A stretch of 64,000 nt of DNA from Puccinia triticina (Eukaryota). Positions 12,905 through 23,305 of this stretch are shown one piece after another (position 1 is the stretch's first letter; the number at the start of each line of letters is the position of its first letter). The translations under genes and the position numbers were made by a program. The stretch covers positions 3,968,001 to 4,032,000 of the forward strand of contig CP110440.1 in the NCBI GenBank assembly GCA_026914245.1, in the 5' to 3' direction. Under the pieces are notes generated by a model, which was given only the letters and a program-made list of their open reading frames with translations, was not told the origin of the DNA and searched no databases.

Positions 12905-13320
12905 TATTGTGTTTTCCGAATAGCTTGGAACAAGATGGTTTTTTATTTTTTATTTTATGCATTTATTCCAAGTGGCCAGATTAACTTCTGGCTAAAGTAT
13001 CCCACCACCCTCATATCCCTTACAGCTTGTGTAACGGGTCCGGTTCTTGGTCGGCCCCTCCGTTGGGGCGGAGGGCAGTGTCCGTTCGCATTGGTAATGG
13101 GTGGGCTAGGTCAACAATGAGCTCCGGTTCAGAATCTGAACTCGGTTTTTACTGAACCCTGCTTCAAGATCATCTTCCAGAGGATGATGGCTTTGAGTTC
13201 TGGGCTGCGTCTGACACCTGTCAACTCAAAACCTGGACTGGATATGAAAAATATGCAATCTTCATGGATCCACCAAAAAAAAAAAAAAGAAAGGTTCCAA
13301 GCTTTACGGAAAAGACAATA
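12905..13320. mobile_element. TIR element remnant
   Basis: tattgtgttttccgaatagcttggaac is inverted as gttccaagctttacggaaaagacaata. Confidence 0.55.
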
Positions 13321-14888
13321 CTTTTTTATGCTAAGGCCCCTGCATGGTGCTGTCTTGGTGTAATCACCCTCTGCATTTACACTTAGACTCATCAGATAGG
13401 CCCGTGCCATTACCCCAAGGACAGGGTAGGTGGCATGGTTTGCCTGTACAATTGGGGTCCTTCTGCAGCTGGGAAGCCATTTTGGTTGGTGGTGGATGTG
13501 GCAGTGCTACAACGTATTTGAGAATGAGAGTGGGTGCTTAAAATTGGCACCCACAGGAGCCCACAGGTCATTGCCTTATGTTTACCCCTGGTTAAGTGCC
13601 AGGGGCAAAACATGTTACTACACCTGTATTTTTTGTTTCAGAAAATAAACACAGAATACTGCACATGCCACTTGCAGCAAGGGCCAACACTAGTACAGTT
13701 ATTGGTATAGGGTGGTACATGCACCTGGCCCTATACAATAACAGAACAGCCCAGTCATTGTAGAGTATAGTATAGGCCCATTGTTGATAGTACCAACATG
13801 GGGGACTGGATTATGTGGAGCTAACACCGGAAGAGATCAGAAGGGTCCAAGAATCTTTCTGTAAGTACAACTAGAATGAGGGAGAGAAATGGGGGAAGAG
13901 CTTACCTAGCACCAGGAGAGATCGAAGGGTCCAAGAATCTCTGCCAGGCTAGGAAGGATGTGAATAGGGAAAAACTAAGTACATACTCACAATAGATTAT
14001 TTAATCCTGTGATGACTATGTGACAGGCTTTGTGAAACAGAATCCAAGCGAGGAGGCTTACAGGGTGCACCAAAATTCTTGGCATGGGATAAAAATAGTA
14101 ACATCCCAGATTCACCTAGGATGTGTGAGAATACTGGATCAGACCCTGACCCGCAGCAACCGCACAGGAAGCTTGCGCGGCAAAGCCAACCCCAAGCCCC
14201 AGCTGCTAAGAAAGGTAAGCTCTAAGCCCCTTTTGCAGTCCCAGACCAAAAAGCTAAAATTGTATTGCCTTGTTGATTGCAGAACCCAAACCATCATCGG
14301 CAGCCGCCCTGGCCAAAGCCAAGACAAAGCCAGCGCTAAAGTTCAGAACCTTGTATGTCCCAGAGATAAGATTACAGCAGACTTCTTGCAAGGCTGACTG
14401 AATCTTGTTCTATAACAGAACGCTTGCGAAATGACTTGGCAATAAACCAAAAGACACGCTCATAGCCAGGATCACACACAGTCCAACAACAGGTGAGTGA
14501 TCCGTCCCCAGACCGTAGGCAAAGAAAAAAAAAGAAAAAGCAGCTGACTTGAACAAACTCTGTTTGTCAAGGAGACCGAGCTCTGCCGTAGGGATAAGGC
14601 AAAAGTCATAAACTGACATAGCCCTACACCCGTGAGTAGAAGACAAGACAGAGAAAGAAGAAGAGGCTCTCACCCAGTTGCTAACTCATACCGTTGCACG
14701 GATGACAGCTAGTTTCACAACCAGAACCCTTAGCGAACCCGCACGGAGTTTGCCCAGCCATCCCCTTCTCATCTCCCTAGCCAAAACGCTATACCAACTC
14801 AAGTTTGCCTTGAGTTGCTTTCAGGTATAATAGCCTAGACTTTATTGTTTCTCATTTCAAGTTGTCTAGAGCTATCTTTGTACCACTG

Positions 14889-15288
14889 CAAGGGTGTAAC
14901 AGCTGCGCTACGCGCTTTTTTCTGTATCTCCAAAAATAGATGGCAAGATGTCATAAGTACAGAAATATTATTGGATATTCTGGATCCTCCCACATCCATG
15001 AATCAAAAACACTTTTTTCAATTTTCTTTATTGAAGTGGTACTCCTTTGAAACTATGAAGCAGTGTCATTTGGGCGCTTTTTCAGCGCAGCTGTTTTGAG
15101 CTTTCAAATTCACCTGCTTCATGGACTTAAAGCCACATAATCCCAGTTCCAAGAATGCAAAGATGCGCTTTGGATTGCTGGGAGCAGGAGAATTCTGAAT
15201 ATCCAAAATAATCTGTGTACTTCTGACATCTTGCCATCTATTTTTGGAGATACAGAAAAAAGCGCGTAGCGCAGCTGTTACACCCTTG
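14889..15288. mobile_element. MITE with about 65-bp perfect TIRs
   Basis: caagggtgtaacagctgcgctacgcgcttttttctgtatctccaaaaatagatggcaagatgtca is exactly inverted at the right end; partial flanking duplication gtacca. Confidence 0.9.
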
Positions 15289-15556
15289 GTACCAGCATCT
15301 GATTAGAAATAAATCTTTCAGTTGCTCCAATTTTTTCAGGATGCATATTGCCTGTCAACCAGGGCATCTTCATCCCCCTTCAAAAATTAGCACCACTAAA
15401 AATCCTGCAACCTACCAGAACCCCTTTGAAACCATGCAATGGACCTTTGGCTAATACCACTCACAATTGGGTCCCAGATAAGGATTGTATCTGTGATTAT
15501 TGGGCCATGAATATTGTGTTCAATAGCTCACAGGGAAAATAAAATAAAACAAAAAG

Positions 15557-16875
15557 AGGGGGTTAATAAATGTACCCGGGTATTTCCGCGTTTGTACCCC
15601 CTTTTCCACGTGCGTACCCGGTTTTTTTCTACTCATTTCTACGCAACGCAAATAATACCAAAATTCATCTAAACTGATGAACATAATCATCATGCAATCA
15701 GAATTTTAAAAAACTCAATTTCCAAATGATTAATTAATTTGTACCCGGTTTTTTGCGTACCCGCTTTTCTGGGGTATATACTAAGGAGATAACTTTTTTG
15801 TTACATGCCCCAGCCGCACAAAAATTTCAGGGCACTTATAATTGTGGATATTGTAAATTCCCTGAAATTTTTAGGATTTTCAGGGAGTGCACAGTGGGCT
15901 TAGTAGGAAAATTCCCGGTAACCATATAACTTTTTTGTTACATTTCCAAACAAGCTAAAAATTTCAGGAATATTTGAATTCTGTATAATCTCCGTGTCCT
16001 GAAATTTTCAGCAATGTTGTGGCATAAAAACATGAGATATAAGGGGTGTGCGGAAGTCTTAAGGGGCAAAATCCGGCTAATTGAATAGCTTTTTTGTTAC
16101 ATATCACAGCAGTCTAAAAACTTGAGTGAACTTTCAAATATGCATCTTCTCCGTGACCTTGAATTTTTAGCAATGTCGTGGCATCAGAACATGAGTTATA
16201 TGGGGTGCGCAGTGGTATGTATTATGACTACCGTGCATCCCTTACATCTCATGTTATGATGCCACAACATTGCTAAAAATTTAAGGTCACAGAGGATATT
16301 TATATTTGAAATTTCACTCAAGTTTTTAGACTGCTGTGATATGTAACAAAAAAGCTATTCAATTAGCCGGATTTTTCCCCTTAAGACTGCCGCACACCCC
16401 TTATATCTCATGTTTTTATGCCACCCCATTGCTGAAAATTTCAGGACACGGGGGATATACAGATTTTAAACATTCCTGAAATTTTTAGCTTGTTTGGAAA
16501 TGTAACAAAAAAGTTATTCAGTTAGCAGGAATTTTCCTACTAAGCCCACCGCGCACTCCCTGAAAATCCTAAAATCCTCAAGGAATGTATAATATTCACA
16601 ATTATAAGTGCGCTGAAATTTGGAGCATGTAAAAAAAAAAAAATCCCCAAGTATATACCCCAGAAAAGGGGGTATGCAAAAAATAATTAATTAATTAAAA
16701 TTGGGTTTTTTGGTATTCTGATTGCATGATAATTTTGTTCATCATTTTAGACAAATTTTGATATTACTTGCGTCGCGTAGAAATGAGTAGAAAAAACCGG
16801 GTACGCACGCGGAAAAGGGGGTACGCAAAAACTGGGTACAAACGCGGAAAAACCGGGTACGTTTAGTAACCCCCT
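15557..16875. mobile_element. Foldback element: about 1.3-kb palindrome with internally repeated arms
   Basis: Ends agggggttaataaatgtaccc / gggtacgtttagtaaccccct; arms mirror each other to a short centre near 16217-16228; flanked by aaaaag on both sides. Confidence 0.92.
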
Positions 16876-17393
16876 AAAAAGAATTTTCCTTTCTTTTTCC
16901 TGGTGTTCATCCCTCCCAAATCCGTCCGCATCCCTCCTTCCTGCCATATTTTTTCAAAAATTCTCCAAGTAATTGCCAATCTTCTGAAATTTTTTATTAA
17001 TTTTTATCTTTCCTTGCAGTTGTTGTGAAGAATCATCTTTTCTTTCTCTTTCTAATCAGCCCCCAAGACCCTGTGAGACAAAAACTGGAGCCCAAACAGG
17101 CCACCTTGGCCCTTAAAGACAGTGAAAAGGGACACCAAAAATCTTGGCACACCCACTACTGCTTGCACTCTGAGCAGTAGTGGGTGTTCCTCTGAGTAGG
17201 AGGAATCTTCCTCGGAATCATGCCTGGCCATTGGAAAAAGCCCCAATCATATGTACATGTACCCACTTGCGCAAGATGATTCCTAGACCTTGGCAAGCAG
17301 GTGTCATTTCCACACCCAAGAGGAAGCTTCCCGGGCAAGCAGAAGGGAATTCACCCTTGCCAAGTGTGTAGAAAATTGCTTGCTGAGGTACAT

Positions 17394-17589
17394 CATCAGG
17401 AAAAATAAACTTTCACTAGAATACAGGTGACATCAGCCTAAGTCCAATTAGCTACCCACCAGCTGCACAGCTGGCCAGAAGAAAACAAAGAATTGTAGCC
17501 TAGTTGTGGTAGCACCAGAGCAGGAACAAAGTGACAGTCATTGTTGCTTGATGTCACCTGATGTCTGGTGACAATTTATTTTCCTGGTG
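17394..17589. mobile_element. MITE, family shared with 60420-60638
   Basis: TIR catcaggaaaaataaa / tttattttcctggtg; internal gtggtagcaccagagca..cctgat.tctggt shared with 60556-60638. Confidence 0.7.
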
Positions 17590-17967
17590 GGTCCTTGGCA
17601 AGCAGGCACATATTCCTCCCAAGGGCAAGCCAAAACTTCATGCCTGCCAAATAGGTACAAAGGTGTTGCCTGCTTGGTTTGCCAGGCACCCAGTTGGGAA
17701 GTTCAACAGCTGAGGGTGATCCTCCAGATCAAGTACATATTTATGGAACTGCTTAGGTTATATTCAACTCACCATTCTGTGTTATTGGCGGTAGGGTCTC
17801 GGGCTCAAACAGTTGCACAGCTTGTCTTTCTACGTGATAGGCCGCTGAGTCTCTGACATCAGTTGTCTCTCTCCCTCTCTTATTTTCGTGTTTTCTTTCC
17901 CAATTTTTTCTAATTTTTGTTTTGATTTATTATTTGGTTAGTTTGCAATGGTGTAGTTAATTGACAG

Positions 17968-19344
17968 TCAGCTGGGACATTCGTCCTGAGCGGGTGACAC
18001 AAGCTCAGGAGCCAACCATTTATTGCTCAGGGCTTCAAACGAGTCAGGGCCCCGATAGGTCTCGAAGAAATTGTTCTCGGCCGGAGGCGATTGATAGTGA
18101 CGCATCGGGGGGAGCGGAGCCACATTTTCCATCCCATATCCTGTTGAACCGGTGGGTTGTTGTTGGTCATAGGGCCCGGCACTATGAGAAGGCATCATCG
18201 ATGCTCTTGGGCTCCGGGGGTGATAGCGAGCCGCACTAGAATACGTGGGATCTGGCGTTGGATGATAAGAACTTTGATTTGGTTGGATCAGACTAGGTAA
18301 AGGGTCCAGCTGGGTGATTCGATGCACTGGGGCTCGAGTGTACGGCGAATACCTGGGTTGAGATAACATTGGGTCATAACCAATCTTCGGCCCGGCGGTT
18401 TCTGGTTGACCAGAGAAACGATTCCCCATAGAATCCTGAGAGGAGTATGCATCCGGACGGATTTGACTGCGGTTATCTTGAGGAGATGCAGTTCTCTCGT
18501 GGCCAACACAAGAGGCAGCTGCAGTTTTCTTAGCACCCCGCCGCCCCCTTGGCTTTGGGGCTGATAGCAGCAGTTGACCGAATCCAGGCTCTCCAGGTCC
18601 AAGGCAGGTCTGTAGCGCAATAGGAGATTAGTATAAACCTAGCGAGACCCCGGAGTAGCTCTGTAAAACGCACATCAGGAAACTCCGGACCGAATAGCGG
18701 GACCAGATCGTAGCGAATTTGCCAAGCTACTCTCCTCGCCAAGGTTTTAGCAGTGTCAAAGGGAAGCCTGTGGCAACGAGGAAGTAAAAAATCTTAGCAA
18801 TTGTGTCAGGTCCCCCGAAAGGCAAAGGGGTGAAGTGCATACCATGTTCCTTGTATTTTTAGATAACCTCCTCTAACCTTGCGTAGATAAGGCGCAATGG
18901 TGGGGTCGGACTCAACCAACTTCACAACATCCGCTTTGGTGTGACCGAGTGCTTTCCATATCCCGGTGAAGTGCACCATACCTAAAATCATTTAACATCA
19001 GTCTATGTCTATAACAAAGCCATCAGGGAGGTCGGTCAAACATACCTGTCTCACAGTCAATCATGATGTACTGGCCGCTGTCAACAGAAACACTTCAGTT
19101 TGTCATGAAATTTGTCCCATCAGAGATAAATAAGGGGGTGTTACTTTAAAGGATATTCGAACACGGGAATGTAGCCCCGTGGGTCAGTGGAGGTGGCGTA
19201 CCGAGTCATGCTGACTCTGTGCTGTGATGGGTATAATCGCACCGGTGGAGGAGCCCTAACCTCTTCATTCACCAGGGCTTGGACAGTGCGTGGTGGTTGG
19301 GCAGACATGGAAGTTACGAAGCTAGCAGTTGGAGCCGCAGCCAT
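17968..19344 (-). CDS. APSES (KilA-N) domain transcription factor
   Basis: Spliced peptide VFEYPL.GQYIMIDCETGMVHFTGIWKALGHTKADVVKLVESDPTIAPYLRKVRGGYLKIQGTW..AKTLARRVAWQIRYDLVPLFG; low-complexity P/S/Q/Y C-terminus; no ankyrin repeats seen. Confidence 0.9.
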
Positions 19345-21761
19345 GCAGACAACTCAGAAGCCTACTCGAAGAAGAGATGCTAGAGCTGTCCAGGAAAAAT
19401 TGCCCAAGATGTCAGCATACATTTGCTTTATGGTGCTTGTCCTTCGCAGCCAGATTGAAACATTGGAAGGGAAAGGCAAAAACGGCATGATAACGGCACT
19501 GCTCCGAAACTAGACACTGACTCAAAACGACTGTGCAAATACTGCTCTCAACGGAGAAACAATCAGTCGATGCTGAAAGCTGAACCAAAGAAAACGGGGA
19601 ATCGAAGCGGGGACGGGATTGATGGTGACTGCGAGCGGGTCGGAAAAGGACACTAATGTGGGGAAATCAACCACCACACGAGGCGAGGAAATGTTTTGCC
19701 GGCTGGTCTAACAGGTTGTCAAGTGAAAAGCAATGCCGAAGATCGATGCAGAATGGGCCAATGCCAAGACTTAGCATACAAGAGGGTCTGTTTAGAAAAA
19801 AAAAGGAATTTGCGACCTCGCGAGAGCAGCTGATCGAGTAAACGGGAAAAGGTTTGGGTGGTGTGAGCCATCAAATTAGCATTCTACTTCTGGGAGGATG
19901 GGCTTCGCGGAACGGCCGGTTCGACCAGGATTAAAAAACTGCTTTCCCGGCTGTTAGGCAGTGAACTTCATAGCTGCACCATTGCCATAAATCTGACCTC
20001 GGTGTGATGGATTTCATCGAAGGCACAAAATGGGCTATATGAACAACCAGTCAGTGTCACCGCTTTCTTTAATTTTGCGATGACCTCTGTTTGGGATCCC
20101 GGTAGCCTTGGCGAGCTTTATGGAGAAATGCTGTTCACTTGGCTTGACTTCACGTGAAGTTTAATCGAAGCAAGTTCAGCGTCACCAACATCGGTAGTGA
20201 GGCAACAGTTTCAATGGCCATCAAATACCAGTTGAGTTGATTGGGTGACCAGAAGGTAACACATGTGCTGAAGGCGCCTGGTTTACCCAGGCCAAGTGCG
20301 ATGCCTATGAGGGTGGCATTTCGCGATAAATCGCGAGTTCTTCCCTGAAGGAGAAACATTGATTACCTCTCGCAAGCAGCATTTGCTTAAGCGTCCCGGC
20401 TGCTGCTGAGTGCCAGTATCGAGGTCACATCAGCAAGAAACTGGGAAAACACTTCTTCAAGGATCTTGGAGTAGGGCCCAAGCAAAGCTCGCATCAAGTG
20501 GCTTGCCATCAATGTTGGGCAACAGTCGCTAGGTCGTGTTGAAAGACAAGAAGAATTGAGCAAAACAAAAAACGGAGCCTTACCTGGGAATAGAAAGATG
20601 TAGATAGCCGCTGCGTTAACGTGTGCTCACGTGAACAAAGATATATTTGGTGTTTTCTTCTAGGTTAGCTGGCGATGAGGTTATCCACAATCGGATAAAT
20701 TGCAAGAGTCAGGGATGAACAAGCAAGCAAGAAGTCTGAGTTTGATGGATAAGGCTTCTCCCAGACTCGTTTTCGCGAAGAGAATGCGTGATATGTGCTA
20801 AAAAGATGCCGGCGTCGACAAATTACCAGCTGGTAATTTATATACAGCCAAGAGTAGTGTTGACTGAAACATAAATAACTGGATTAGACAGTGTTTATAC
20901 TCAGTGGCTATGTGAACAACTTGCGATCAAGGTCGGGCTCTGTCGGGCTGGTTGAGGTGGGCGTGCAGGTGCGGCTGCCTGGCAAGAAAATACGCAGGCG
21001 TGAATTGGGTTGGGGAAGAATTCTGCCCGGAAGTTTTGTAAATAGGCCAAGTAGAAGTGGCTTGGAAACAACCGGTTCCGCGTTGAATGGAAATGTGATG
21101 TCTGGCCGAGCACAAAAATCTGCCACGACTCGCGAGTGAGTGATCAGGATTTTGAGGCTGAGAGATCACGTGCCGAAGGATCGGAATCCTGGCGTGGCAT
21201 CACTGGTGTAGCCCCGCGACTCGCGAGTCGGGACTATTAACCAGGCACGATGACGACTGCACTATCAATCTCTCAGCATCGACATGACTCATGAGTATAC
21301 CTATCGCGCACTTGTCCAGAATGGAACTTCTCTTGACCAATTTGAAAATGCTTCTCTTTGAACTTGGTTAAGACAAGCTTGCTATCATGTTCTTGTTTAA
21401 GTTGATACATAGATTGTTATGGCCTGGTGTTATACTTCTCCGGGGGAGAGTTGATGCCCGCTACGATCGTGTAGTCGGGTGGTACCATAAGTTATAACCA
21501 GGTGGTACCTTTTCTTCCTTCCCCGGGGTTTTTACACACGATGCCTGACAACTTCAAGCCATGCATTCCCGGCCCTTGGGCATGGCGCGTCGGGACTCGG
21601 CGCGACAAGGGTCAAGCTGGTTCAAGTGTACATAACTTGCTACCTGACCTGATAATTGCTACGCTGCGCGAACGCAGCGTAGCAGATTGGCTGCGCTGCT
21701 GTGCCACGCCTACCAAACGGAACAAAACGAAATACAGCGCCCGAAGTAGAAAACAGCTCAG

Positions 21762-22428
21762 ATGCCGTTCCGCCCGTCATTAGTCGTTCAAGGCGCCCGA
21801 CGAGCGCCGCTCACCAGCAAGCAAGCCGGAGTTGGCTTCTACAAGGGTACCGGCTTCATATATACATCTCTTCTTTTTTATTCAAAGGTACTGACCCGCG
21901 CTGTCTCTTCTGCTCAGGTACCGGTAGCCATCCTGCGCTAGGCCCTAAATCGCAAGGGTCTCATGGCACAGGTCGCGTCCTCGGTCGCATATATCGCTTG
22001 GAACCTAAGAAAATGCGCTCGTTCATCGTCCCTAGTATCCTTCATGACTTCGAAGAACTCGTCTCTCGTCCGGACGTCAGTCCTTCTCCTGTTTTCACCT
22101 TTCAATTCCCTTTCCAAAGACTATCGTTTTTTTTCCATTAGCCAGTCTAACTAAGCTTACTAAAAAACAAATGATTTTTATCCAGTTGAGGCCGTATACC
22201 GAATCAGCACTTCCGTTACCCAGGGACGCAGACTTCGATCGATGGCCAATCGATCGCCGAAAGCTGCAACCAAAAGTCCAACAAAACCTGGCTCCATGGC
22301 ACAACCCAGACAGCGTTTTCTCGAACAAAGGCTTCGATGGGGACTAGTAAGTCTGCTACATCACCTTCCTCGACTAACCCACCTTCCTTCAGCGTCAGCT
22401 CACCGTGTTCTCTTTTGTTTCTGCAACT

Positions 22429-22463
<35 letters not shown>

Positions 22464-22551
22464 CTTTCGACAATTGATGAACCATCTGAGGGAGAATGAG
22501 TCAACAGACGATGATTATAAACCAATCTCCCTTGAATCAAAAACAGGTTAA
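21762..22551 (+). CDS. MRPL27: Mitochondrial ribosomal protein mL41 (yeast MRPL27 family), 4 exons
   Basis: ATG 21762 MPFRPSLVVQGARRAPLTSKQAGVGFYKG | intron 21847-21917 | TGS...YRLEPKKMRSFIVP...PD | intron | LRPY...GDY | intron | FRQLM...KTG TAA. RxPLTSKxxxxGFYKG, RxFxVP and LxPY match mL41 hallmarks. Confidence 0.88.
22432..22461 (+). repeat. (TG)n microsatellite at the 3' end of MRPL27 intron 3
   Basis: About 14 TG units directly before the TAG acceptor. Confidence 0.95.
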
Positions 22552-22718
22552 GTGTAAACTCGGAGGACCCATCCTGCGACCTGAGTCATTTTTTCTCCCA
22601 CCAGCTCAAGCCAAACTAGAGAAATGTTTGTGGGCTTGATTTCAATATGCGTAAATGAGGGTCAAGGGCACGTGGGCGATGTATACATCCGCAAGTCAAG
22701 AGGTGCACTTCTCAGGTA

Positions 22719-22724
22719 GTCCTA

Positions 22725-22756
<32 letters not shown>

Positions 22757-22764
22757 AATTTGCA

Positions 22765-22800
<36 letters not shown>
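22719..22800 (+). tRNA. tRNA-Phe(GAA) with a 9-nt intron (22756-22764)
   Basis: Acceptor stem GTCCTAA/TTGGGAC, D arm GCTC-AGTTGGGA-GAGC, anticodon arm TCAGA-CTGAAG^A-TCTGA, T arm CAGTG-TTCAAGC-CACTG, downstream TTTT Pol III terminator. Confidence 0.95.
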
Positions 22801-23305
22801 CCTACTTTTGTCCCTTGTGCTTTGGAGTTATCAGCTACGAACCCTTACTAACCTAGCTGGGCAAGGATGAACGGGCAAAGACTACATCTATTGATTTTTT
22901 GAGTGGGTGGCGGCTTCCCATCACATCTGGAGACTGGGTCCCTGACAAATGTATTTCTAGACCTGAAATATTTTGGGCCCTGATCCCTTGTGGGAGGCCT
23001 GCAGATTTCAAAAGTCACCCAGTATGTAGATTGTTTTACCATTATGGTTGGCATATCAAGGAGGTGTTGCCAAATAATTGTTAATAGAAAAAGACTCCTT
23101 CTTGTTGATTGTAAATGTTTATGAGCAACCTGAAACTGAGGTCTATGAGGTATTGGTAAAGTATGTGTGCCCTCATCTATTTAAAACTGCTTTCCACTGG
23201 AATCCAGCATCAAGACAGTGTGACAAACAATCGGTAGCCCATGACCAAAACCACTACGCTAGAAGGAAACTGGGGACAGGATAATTTCCTTGTTTTTTTT
23301 TTTTT

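Noticed and set aside
13800..14830. Possible LTR retroelement remnants
   Set aside because: Short direct repeats and a cttaca end are present, but boundaries and coding remnants could not be supported.
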